DNA from: Paramoeba atlantica
Lineage: Eukaryota > Protista > Discosea
Reading direction: 5' to 3'
Length of the DNA stretch: 64,000 nt
Assembly (NCBI GenBank): GCA_977017575.1
Contig: CDRNVI010000151.1
Location: 103,657-167,656 of the forward strand
Shown here: piece after piece, positions 37,004 to 48,698 of the stretch
Layout of the letters: every line of letters begins with the position of its first letter
Numbering within the stretch: position 1 is the stretch's first letter
Program-made: the position numbers and the translations under genes
Notes under the pieces: generated by a model
Databases searched by the model: none
Told to the model about the DNA's origin: nothing
Seen by the model: the letters and a program-made list of their open reading frames with translations, nothing else

Positions 37004-40000
37004 TTAGCCAGCCTCCTGAAGATTTGCCAGACTTTCCAATTTGGAAAGTTTCATTCCAAGTACTGACACACTGTGAGTACATAAAATAAGGGAAATTCTT
37101 TTCTCTTCTTTTTGCATTCAGAGAGTGTTTCTCTTTTCTTTTATTTTCTTTTTTTCCTTTTCCCCTTCCACACCAACACCCAAACACAAAACACCCTCTC
37201 ACAACAGAGATCGGGATGAGACAAATTCAGGTTCCAACAAATCACAAAGAGAATCCAACTCGAGTAATTCCTCAAAATCCAAAGTCAAAATTGTATGTTG
37301 TGATTGTTGTTTTAGAAACCGAACCAAAACAGCAATCCTCCTGGCATCTCTGACAAGACCATTTTGGATTTCTTCTAATGATTCAGGTCTGATTGGGCTC
37401 GGGAATGCTGATTCTGTTTCCATTGGCGCATCGAGATTGTGTTCACCAATCACTTTTAATAGTCTCTGGAGTTTTTAAACCAAAAATTAATTTCATTATT
37501 CAAAAAAATTAAATCAAACTCAATAAATAATACATTTTTTTTGAACTCCTCCCTCCCACACTCACCCCCAATTTTTGAGAGAAAAAAATCAATTAAAAAA
37601 AAATTATTAATCAAAAAAAAATTATTCATCAAAAACAAAAAAAATCAAAAGAAAGGATGATTGAAAATGACCTGTTTGAGAATTAAAATTTTCTGATTGG
37701 TGAGAGTGGCATCATGAAGAGTATTCTGATTTCCCTTTCCAGCAACCAATTGTGTCGCCTTGTTCTCAATATTCTCGAAAACCGCTTTTGAGTTCAACGT
37801 TTCGGAGATCCACGAAGTAATCAGCCCATCTAATTCAAATAACCCTTGCTTCTTCATACACAAAGAATCTCGTGTCTCTTGTGAATTCTGGAAATAGTGC
37901 AAAGTATCCAACAGTTCTTCAACAGATTGGAGGATTGGTTCTCTGTCACTGGGTCGAATGGCGCTTTCATTTCCTTCAAGAAGACCAAATTCAGCCACAA
38001 AAGAAACTGGATTCGCTTTTTGTTGTTGTCGGGGAGTTATCCGCATAAAATCAATCACATGACCTCGTTCAAATTCAATTAAGGAGTGTGCAAAATGATC
38101 GATTTCTGAGAGGCGTTTTGCGCCTGATTGAAGAGTTGTAGGGTTAAGGGTTGTGCAGAGGATTTGTTTGATTTGACTGGTCTTTGAGAGGATTGAAAAG
38201 AGGTGCATTTTGACATCTGAGAAACCAGCCACTATTGGACCAGATCCAAATTCATCTCCTGCATCTGAGAAGCTAATGAGGCTATCCGATTCTTGGATAC
38301 ACAATGGAGGGGGCTTTTCTGCCATTTGAAAAAAAGTATGATTCGGCGCCGGGGAAAGAACTGCAGATCGAGTGGGGGGAGATGGAGCTCCTCTTTTTGG
38401 AGAAGAAAATTCGAGCGGAAAATCACTTGTAAAATGTGAAGAACCTTGTTGAGAGTTTGTATGAGCACCACCACCACCACCACCACCACCACTACCACTA
38501 CTGTTTGTTGTTGTGTTGATCGATGCTGTTTCAAGATCCGGAGAAGAGAGAATTAGAGGAGGTGATTGAGAGGAAGAAAGAGGTTGAGGTTTCGACGAAA
38601 GTTCTGTCGCTCTTGAAGAAGCAACGATTGGTTTCGGAGCGAGAAGGGTAGGTTCTGTTGGTTGAAAAGGAGAAGTTGAAGAAGTTGAAGAAGTTGAAGG
38701 GGAAGAATCTGACAGTGAAGGAGATATAGAACCTGAACCATAGTAAGAAGGAGACCCTGAAAGAAAATCAGGGGATGAAACCGGTTGGGAGAAAAAATCA
38801 TCGTCAAGGGCTGAAATAAGTTGGCTACTCATTTTTGAGGTGGACTTAGTTGTTTGAGAAGAGGGAGGAGACACTTCATGGAAAGGGGAAGCTGGAGGGA
38901 GTAAGGGAGTAGATAAATCGATTGGCGCAGTAGTTGGACCAGGAATTCTTTCATCTGTGATTAGATCGGGAGTTGGTGGGACTTCTTTTGAAGTTGTGAG
39001 ACTCAGATTAAAAGAACCAGATGAAGCTAAGATCAAAGGAGAAGACGAAGATGAAGATGAAGACGAAGACGAAGACGAAGATGAAGATGATGAAGAAGAA
39101 GGTGACGAAGAAACAGCATCACCATCTCTTCCTGACTCGATCAAAGAAGGGAGAGGAGTCAATGGGGAGGGATGACCAACAGAAGGAGAGGAGGAGGAGG
39201 AGGGAGATTCAGAAGAGGGTGAAGAAGCAGCACGATGATGAGGAGAAGGAGACAACGATGGTGTTAAAGAAGGTGATAAAGTAGAAGTCGTAGATAAGGA
39301 TGATGAAGATTCAATTTGAATCTGTGAGAATCGACTCATTCGTTTCGCATCAAGAGGGTCAATCAAATAACGAGGAATTTCTCTAATTTCTTTCCTTGGT
39401 CTTTGAGTTAAAAACAATGAAGTGGAGAGAGAGAGCTCTTCTTCTTTTCTTCGATCAACAGGAGGGCGGAGTAGACCCTCTGCCTCAACAATCAACATAT
39501 AAACAAGCTCAATAATAACTGGTTTGTCAGTTTGTGTGTACGGTAATTCTTTCTCTGGTCGAAGAATGCAAGGGGCGAATATCTGTGCCAATTTCATTGG
39601 TGTCATTCCATTTGTTTTACTGTTTGAAGCAATTCGGTTGAATAACGTCAAGACACTCTTTGTTGCAGCTCGAAATCCTTTTGGGAGAGAGAGATATCGA
39701 TATCGAATCATTGAGAGTTGTGTTTTATGTTGAAGGATTTCTCCAATCGATACAAACATGTCATAGAAAGTAAAAGTAAGGAAAGGTTCAGGAAAGGAAA
39801 GGAGATATCGTTTGAACAACTCGCCAACCACGAAGGGGTTCTTGGTATGTAGAGCAAACTGGATTTGGTCTCTCTCGACGTGAACTTTCTTTTCTAAGAA
39901 TTGGACGTCTTTCTCTGGGACTTGTCTCTCAAATAAACCATTACAACCCATCGCTTTTGTAGTCAAATAACGAGCAAATTTCGTCAAGAGAAAAGGGGGA

Positions 40001-40161
40001 TTGTCTGTGTATGGATTGATCGCCATCCCAAACAAAGGTAACGTGTGAACCCTCTCTTCTTCGTCATCTTCTCCATAACCTTCTTTCAACCCTCTTAAAT
40101 GCTTACTTGTAGTTTCTGCTTTGGTTTTTGATCTTCTCCCCCACCATTCAGAAACAGACAT
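37004..40161 (-). CDS. RhoGAP-domain protein with long Ser/Pro-rich linker; two 3' introns
   Basis: PLFG..PFLLTKFARYL..GLFER, GELFKRYLLSFPEPFLT, NGMTPMKLAQIFAPCILRP. The ORF is extended by splicing: LKQ| intron 37466-37671 |RLLKVIGEH...RSL|FVSVLG...QEAG*. Confidence 0.8.
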
Positions 40162-40427
40162 GGTTTGCTGAGGTTTGTTTACGGTTGGGAAGGTTTTCTT
40201 CCTTCCCTTTTTTTTTTCTTTCTTTCCTTTTCCTTTTCCTTTTTTCTCTCTCAAAAACAACAATCTCGTCTTCTTTCTTTAGCGCTCTATTTTTTTTTGA
40301 ATGATTTTCTTTTTTTTTTTGCACTCAAAAACTATTCTCGAAAAATTCTTGGGGAGAAAACTGTTTCAATTTTTTTTTTTTTTCCTCTCTTGATTTCTTT
40401 CTTTATTCTTTTTCTTTTTTAATAATA

Positions 40428-43400
40428 TCATTTGCCATATCGAGAGGTGCGCTTCAACTTGAGGCCCAACCCTCCCAAAATTTGATTTGATGAATCACTT
40501 GTGGATCTTGCTTGAATGGCATCCATCCACTTGATCATTTCTTCTTCCGAGGAAGCGGCGAACATGTGTTGTTTGAGGAGTGTCACGATTTTGAAAGTGA
40601 AAGGTCGATCAAGGTCAAAATCGCATGATACTGTTACCATGTGCAGATCAACTTCTCCAAGTACAAGTCGACTGAAAGGGGGGGGAAGGAAATTAGATGA
40701 TAATAATAAGAATAAATAAGAATAAATAAGAATAAATAAGAATAAATAAGAATAAATAAAAATGAGTAAAAAAAATAAAGAGAAAAATAAAGAGAAAAGA
40801 AAGAAACCGATTCGCAAGATCTCGATACTGAAGCTTATTCTTCTTCAAAGTAACATAATATTTCTCCCAACCATCTTTCTTCATTTCCAAAACACCCTCA
40901 AGTCCCTTTCTCCGAATTGAAGAAGAAGAAGAAGAAGAAAGATAACTACTTCTATCACCACGAGGAGAGCCACGAGGAGAGCCACGAGGAGAAGAACCAG
41001 GAGGAGGGAGAGTTGCGCTTGCTGGTATTCCAAACGCATTTGTTGCCACTGTTGCTCCAGAGACTGGGCCATGTGAATTTAAAAATACTAATCTATTTCC
41101 TCCTGTGTTTGATTTGGTTTGGTTTGATCCGTTTGATGATGATTGTTCTTTTTCTTTTTCTTTTTCTTTTTCTTTTTCGATTGGGATTCCCTTTTTTGAG
41201 GCTTCGACCAAACTCGCATATCGTGCCTATTATTTTTTTTTTGGGATCATTTTTCATTTAATTTAATCTTTTTTGCTTTAATTTTGTATGATATGGGATT
41301 ATCTTTTTGATTGTGTCGGTGTTACTTCAAATTGTATTTTGGTCTTTCCTATCTCTCTCAAAAGCAATAATAATAAAAATAAAAAAATAGAAGAATACCC
41401 TAATATAATTAAATTTAACTAAATGAGAATCAGTTGGAGAAGGAGGAGAGGGATCAGAGACAGGGGGCCATTCCTTTGCTGCCGCTTCATTTCCCATTTT
41501 TCTGAATCCTTCCGCTTCTTCTTTTGACCATTTTGCTGAGAAAAAGAGTCAGAAAAGAAAGAGGGGAAACCAAGAAAGGAAAGAAGAAAGAAAAAGGAAG
41601 AAAGAAAACCAAGCGTAATTGGCTTCAAACGAGCTCCATAACCAAGAGTCCGATGGATACCACCACATTGTTTACAAAGAAAACACCCAAGTGTAACATT
41701 TCCCCAACTAACTTCTTCTTTTCCGCATTCAATACATTTTGAATTACTTTCTTTTTTTACTAAATCCTGTTTAAATTGATTTAGAAGGGAAGAGAAAAGA
41801 GAGAGAAAAGAGGAGAGAAATGAGAAGAAATGAGAAATGAGAAAGGAACCCGCATAAGAAAATTAGGATCATCCTTCAACTTTTCTTGATATTGTAATTG
41901 TTCTTTTCTTTTGTTTAAGATTAATCGCATTGAACTTCTCATCGCATTAATCCACCGAAATCTATCCTGGCTGTTTTTGTTTAATTAGATTGAGAAAGAA
42001 AGAAGAGGAAGAAGATGAGAGAAAGAGATAAAGAAAAGAGAGAGAGAGAGAACTTTGATGGAACTGAAAACATCAAAATCTGAGAAGGGGTTGTAATTTG
42101 AAACGAATTTTTACGGTTTGATACTTCCACAACTTTCACTGAACATACCCCCAAAAAAACACTTTCTTTACAAATCGTAACTTTTCCTCCAGGTGCTATC
42201 ATGTGAATCAGAGAAAGGAAAAGGAAAAGAAGAGAAACGAAATCGAAAAACAAAATTTTAAAAAACTCTCATCTCCAGAACAAAAAAACAAAGATAACAA
42301 ATCAAGGAAAATTCTCTAAAAATAAATTAATCAATAAACAAAAATAAAAAACCTTTTTTACTCTTTTTATCTTGATAAACTCTCGCTATCCCATCACTAC
42401 TGAGAGTCAATTTCCTTGGTACCCACCTCCCATCGGCAATCATCATATGAACCGGTCCTATTATTTATTGAATTATTCTTGATTCTTCTTGAATTGTTGT
42501 GATTGTATTTTTAAAGTAATAATAAAAAAGGGAAAAGAAGAATCCTTTATTAAACACAATCATAAAAAGATAATAATAATTACAAAACAGTAAAAAAAAA
42601 AAAAAACCGTCAACATCAGGACCAAGAGACCCTCCCTCAGGCAAGTCAGAAGGAGAAAAATCAGCAGTCAATCCAAGATGTGACATCTCACACTCAATAG
42701 CCTCACAAATCCCATTATCAATTCTTGCCATCCACAAGAACTGATTTTTCTCCTCCCCTGGATAAAAGACTCCCAGATATGGCTCTCGTGATGATGCTGA
42801 AAAAGAGAGAAGAGAGAGAGAGAGAGAAAAAGGAAGAGGAGAGAAGCAAGAACAGAGAAGAGAAAAAGAAGAGAAAATTGATTCAGTAAATCAGAGAGAA
42901 GAGAAAGAAGGAAAAAAAGAAAAAATACTTGCAATTCTTTTGATAACAAAGGAGTTATTTGTTAAATCTTCTTTCTTTCTTGATTTTTTTGAAGGGGAAG
43001 AAGATATCGCTGATTCTCCAACTAATATCATATCGACCTGAAAAAATACATTAAATTTTTCTATTTTTTCATGGCAACTTCAAGGACAAACCAATAAACA
43101 TTTTTAAATTCTTCTCTATTTTAAAAAAAAAATAGAAATAAATAATACCTCCATATCCTCAAAAGTAACAGAATAACGATAAGTAAACTCCTGGGGCATC
43201 TCAAGAGTCGCAGTCCCACCTCTTGAACTCCCAAAATTCTTCCCCTTTGGATACGAAGTAACAACCAACAAATCATTAAAAAGAAAAACATATCGATCTC
43301 GAATTTTTTCTTTGTTTTTTTCTTGGGGAAGAAAGGAAGAGAAAAGAGTTAGAGGGGAGAGAAGAGAAGAGAGAGGAGAGAGAAGAGAGAAGAGAGAAGA

Positions 43401-46345
43401 GAAAAACCTGTCTCTTTCTCAAGAAGAAATCCCTCAAAGACATAACGTCTTGATGGTTGTACCAAAGGAAAATCCATTCCACTTATTTGATCAGAACATT
43501 TTTTTACCTGAAAAGAAAGATATGAGAAATCGAAAGGAAAAGAAAAGAGAAAAAAGAGGAAAAAAGAGATAGAGAAAAATTGGGAGAGAGGACACTCAAC
43601 TTGACTTTTTCGATCCATGAAATATGTTAGAAAAAAGGAAAAAAGAAAGGAGGAAAAAAAAAACCTGGAGAGTACACTCTGCTTTGCGTTTTCGGTCATT
43701 TACATAATCTGCGACATCTCGAATATCCATCACCACCTATCAGTTTTATTAATCGATGTATGTTAAAAAAAAACAGGGAATTCTCTCTTTCTTTCTCTTT
43801 CTCCTCCTTTCTTTTCCTGACTCTCTTCTCTTTTGTTTCTGTAAACCTGCTCGAGATCGGTGTGATCCACATGATTAATAGGTGTATGTTTAAACATGTC
43901 TTCCAAAAGCATAACATAACGAGGAATTCGCTGAATTGGTAATACTAAATAAGAGTTGATGTCCATTCCGTTGTGATTTGCCATTTGGACTTTTAGGAAA
44001 GCTCTAAATTCTCTGGTTGGGAAAGAGATTAATGTTTATTTTTGGTTGAAAAGAAGAAGAGAGAAAAGAGAAGAAAGGAGAGGGAAGGCAAAAAAAGAAG
44101 GCAAAAAAAAAAAGATTCAAAATAGGGAAAAGAGAACAACACAACAAAAAATGTAAAAAAAATCACAAAACTTATTTGTCTTCCTCAACCTCGCAACCTC
44201 ATCCAAAGAAGTATCATAATTGTTCACATAATCCGTATAAATTTTCAACATTTTAACAATCTTAGAAAAAATATCACCAATTCTCTGTCCAGCAGAATAC
44301 CAATTCCCAAGCCTCTCTTCCAATTGTGCCGATAACAAATGACAAGTTTGTTGAATGACTTGAATTGAACCAAAAACAGCTTTTGCACTGTCTGTTGAGA
44401 TAATTTTTTGGCTTAAGAGGGGTTCCTGTGTGGGGAGAGAAGAGGAGGAGGAGAAAAGAAAAAGAAATAAGAAAAGAAGCTGATAGCAGAAAAAGATAAT
44501 GGAAAGAAAAAAAGAAGCAAAAAAAAAGAACATTAAAATCAGTGACAAGCGTATCAAGTCCGACTTTGTAAGTCCGCTCGGTACTAAGAATCTCATGAGC
44601 TATTCGGTTCCGTCGATTAATTTTCATTCTAAAAACCATCTGGACATGCAACATTCTCACCGTTGCTTGTAACCTCACCAATTTCTTTGAAAAAAGAAAA
44701 GGAAAAGAGTTAATTTTGAATATAAAAAAAGATTTCTTCTAAAATACACTAACATTCCGAAAAGGAAGAAATAAAAATACTGCCTCCCAAATAAATCAAC
44801 ACACATGATGCAAACAGAAAATTCCACAAACAAACCTAAGTTCAAAATAAAAAACAATTCAAACCTTTAAATGCTCAGGTTTCTTAAATTCCTCATAAAG
44901 ATACTCCAAGCGTGATTGTTCAACATGTGTGAGGGTGTTTAGGCTCCGTTTTGCTCCAAATCGAGATACAAAGCTCTGCATTCTGATCATTTTGCTTTGA
45001 GTTTCTCCCTATTTATTTGATTTATTTTGAAGTGGAGAGAAGAAAAAGAGAGTTAAAATGGAATATGGATGGAGAGAGAGGGAAGCAAAAAAAAAAGAAA
45101 AAGAAAAAAAAAAGAGAGAATAAACCTCTTCTTGGACTTGTTGTTTTGTAATAACAAGAAATTCATCTTCTTCATCATCTTCATCTTCTTCATCATCATA
45201 TTCAGTTTCAGTTTCAGTCAATGGGAGAAAACTCACTCCCCTTTTCCTCTCTTTTTCTCCCTCTTCCACTTTTTCTTCACTTTTTTCCTCACTTTTTTCC
45301 TTCTTCTCTTTCTCTTCCCTCTCAATTCTTTCTTTTTCTTCTTTTTCTTTCTTTTCTCTTTCTTCTTTTTCCAGTTCCTCTCTTCTTTTTGATTCAGCTT
45401 GTTCTTCCTCTTTTTTCTTCTTGGCCTCCTCAACCTCTATTTTCTTTCTTTCTTCTTCTTTCCTCTTTTCTTCTTCTTCTTCTTCTTTTCTTTTTCGTTC
45501 TTGCTCCTTCGCTTCCTTTTCCTTCTGTTCTTGCACAGCCTCCTCTTCTTTTTCTTTTTCTTTTTCTCCAAAACTTCTAGGAGGGACTTTCGGAGGAACC
45601 CTAGAAACTTGGAGAACTGGAGCAGGTTGTTGTTGTTGTTCTGGTCTTCGTAGTTGTCTTTGGTGGACAGCGTCTTGTGATCTTCCAACTCGAAATCTTT
45701 TTGCATCAGCTAAACTTCTTGGAGAAACCACATCTTGACCCATTCCAATGTGTTCGACAATCTCATTTGCAATGACGCGCATTTGTTTTTCTCGAGTCAT
45801 GAGGAGAAAGAGAAGACCGATAATTTGTTTTTCGTTTCCTTGGACAATATCTTTTGGATTGCAGCCGAAGACCTGTTTTTCGTTCATCAACCTCATTGAT
45901 ATCGGTTACAACAAATTAAAAGAACAACTTTTACAAACCTTCAATTTATAACGATTCTCCATAAAAGCGATCGCAATGTTGATATTCTCAATTTTCTGAA
46001 TCGGAATACGAGGATTCCGTGAGTATCTTCCAACTGAATCTTTTGTTAAAGCTTCCAACAATTTAATTAACATGATCCCATTCGAAAAATCTGTCAATTT
46101 GTGGGTGATGGATTGTTTTTTTCAAGAAAAAAGAAAAGAGAAAAGAGGTTGAGAGAGAGAGAGAGAGAAAAACCAGAATCAAAATTTGAAGGAGGAGGAG
46201 TGTTGGTTCCCTCGAGGGACTGTTTCACAAAAGAGAGAATTTGTTGTTGTTGGAGTTCATCAAAAGTGTGGGCCTCCAAATTTGATCCTTTTGCTTTTGA
46301 GGGTCGATATCCCCGAGAGGTCCAGACTGGATCAAGCCCATCCAT
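40428..46345 (-). CDS. CH + DH (RhoGEF) + multiple PH domain protein, multi-exon
   Basis: CH: DFSNGIMLIKLLEAL..QKIENINIAIAF..DIVQGNEKQIIGLLFLL. DH: RNRIAHEILSTERTY, KIYTDYVNNY, SYLVLPIQRIPRYVMLLEDMFKHT. Final PH ends FAASSEEEMIKWMDAI. Confidence 0.85.
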
Positions 46346-46622
46346 TTTTCTTCAGTCTGGAAGAAAAGAGTTTCTCAATCAAAAAAAAAAAAGAGTTTCT
46401 TGGTCAAAAAAACAAAAAAGAGTCTTTGAAAAAAAAAGGGGGGGGAGGGGAAAGAAGAGAAAAGGAAAAAAGAAAGAAAAAAACAAAGAGAGAAAAGTGA
46501 ACCAAACCGAAAAGAAGGAAGAAGAGAAAGAGATACAAAAACAAAAATGACGTAAAATGACACCACAACAGGTCGGAATGATTTCGAACGTTTTTTGGAT
46601 GAAACGTCCTAAAGACATCTGA

Positions 46623-46630
46623 TGACGTCA
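46623..46630. promoter_or_regulatory. TGACGTCA palindrome between divergent RhoGEF and cytochrome c1 genes
   Basis: Perfect palindrome between ATGs at 46345 and 46797. Confidence 0.45.
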
Positions 46631-46796
46631 CAAGGGATAGAGGTCAATTTATTCGCACTGTGGTTTATTTTTCAGGTGAAAAAACTCCTTCTTTTTATCA
46701 AAAATACTTCAACGTTTTTTGAAAGGTAGCGCCTGTTGCTCTCCAAAAGTTCTCGCTTTTGTCGCTCAGTTTTTTTTTTCTTGGAAGAGAAAAACT

Positions 46797-48310
46797 ATGT
46801 TGGGAAGAACATGTTCGACTTTTATTGGTCAGCTGTCCAGAGAAAGGGCAGTTCCCAAGACAGTCTCTCGGTTTATGTCCAGTAGCCGATCAGGCAAAAA
46901 AATGTCATTCCCAACCCCTTCTTGGAACGTGGTTTGCTCTTTTCTCCACCATTTTTTTTTGTTTGTTTCGTTGGTTTCGTTTGTTTTCGTTTGTTTTCTC
47001 AAAAACAGAATCTAAATGAACATTCATTTTCATGTGAAGGCTATCCCCATTGCATTAGGGTTGACTGGAGGAATGGCATTGACATCATTGAAATCCGATC
47101 TTGAAGCATCTGGTGATTGTCTTGAGGCTCCCATGAACCGCCCTCCAATGACCACTAAGCTTCTTGCTTATGATGCCGCCAGGTAACTTTTTCTTGCACT
47201 TTCTCTTCTTCCTTTTTTTTCTCTTTCCTTGTTTCGAAATCTCAACAATGAAAAGATGGAACCTCAATATTTTTTAAAATCGTTCCTCCTTCTTGTAAGA
47301 AACCACTCAAATTTCAAATCATTTTTTAAAGAAACATTGGAAACTGTTCATTTGGGGTTGTCCAAAATTCTTAAATGAGTTTTTTGACCTGAATCGTCAG
47401 AGATAAAAACAATTTTTTTTTTCGATTCTAATTCCATTAGAATGAGTTCCCCCCCCCGCCCCCTCTCCTCAAATCCATGTGATTGATTTTTTTCTTTCAA
47501 AGCCTTCGAAGAGGATACCAGGTGTACAAAGAAGTATGTGCGACATGTCACAGTATGGACGGTATTCGCTATGGCCAACTTGTCAACACAATTCTTTTGG
47601 AAGAAGAGGCAAAGGCAGATGCTGCTGAAAATGACGTTTTCTATTTTTTTTTACTTTTTCTCATTCTTTCCCCAAAGAACCCCAAATATTTTCTTTGTTT
47701 TTTAATGTCTCAACTTCTTTTGACTCCAACACACTCCTTTCCTTCTCTTTTCCAATTCTTTCTTTCTTTTCTTTTTTTCTGACTTTTTGTTTTCCCTTAG
47801 TACCCAGGTGACCCCGATGAGACTGGAGAACCAACTGAAAGACCTGGAAAAGTCACCGATCCTCTCCCACAAGTATACCCGAACGAGGAAGCTGCCCGTT
47901 TTGCTAACAATGGTGCTCTCCCACCAAGTTTGACTTTGCTGGTCGGAGCGAGACATGCTGGTTCTTATTATCTTTTCTCTCTTTTGTCTGGGTATGATGC
48001 TCCCCCTGCTGGAGTGACACTTGCGGAAAATATGCATTACAATCCTTACTTTGCTGGAACTCAAATTGCTATGCCTCCTCCTCTTCATGACGAGATGTTG
48101 GAGTTTGATGATGGAACCCCAGCAACCATTTGTCAAATGGCAAAAGATGTCTCTCATTTTATGGAGTGGGCTCTTGCTCCTCGTTGGAACGAAGATAAGC
48201 ATATTGAGTTGAAGAAGGCCGTTGTTATCTTAACTTTGGCTGGTTTTGCGTTTTATTACAACAAAACAAGGTGGGGAGTTTTGAAAAGTCGTCAAATTCG
48301 ACGATTTTAA
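46797..48310 (+). CDS. CYC1: Cytochrome c1 (complex III) with mitochondrial presequence, multi-exon
   Basis: LRRGYQVYKEVCATCHSM (CxxCH), YPNEEAARFANNGALPP, YNPYFAGTQIAMPPPL and a C-terminal TM helix. Confidence 0.95.
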
Positions 48311-48698
48311 ATGGAGTTTGGGTTGTATTGTTAGTTGGTGAAATAATAATGAAATAATTTTAATACATCCAAGTTTCTTTTCTTTTTTTATGTATTCTGA
48401 TGCGAGAAACATCTAACTTTTCACCCACCAAATATTTTTGAGACCCCAAACAACAGAACCAAAAAAACTGGAAACTTTTTCAATTCCTTCAATTGGCCCA
48501 TCTCCAACAGAAATTTGGGGGTAAAAAACCATACACCTCTTTTTTTAATTTTCTCTTAAAAAAGTCAAATTTTGGCGAAGCTTTTTTTTTGTTTTTTTTT
48601 TTTGTTGGTTTCTTTTTATCTCTTTTTCTTTTCTCTTTTCTCTTTTTCTCTTCTCTTTTTCTTTTCTTACTGCTGATTTTTGGGGAAAAGAAAAAGAG

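Noticed and set aside
37645-37671. RhoGAP stop codon at 37645 as given by the ORF track
   Set aside because: A phase-0 GT donor at 37671 and a CAG acceptor at 37466 extend the protein by two more exons to 37004.
47500-47570. Euglenozoan (e.g. kinetoplastid symbiont) origin of the contig
   Set aside because: Cytochrome c1 has the canonical CxxCH (CATCH), not the single-Cys euglenozoan form, and the genes carry many cis-spliced introns.
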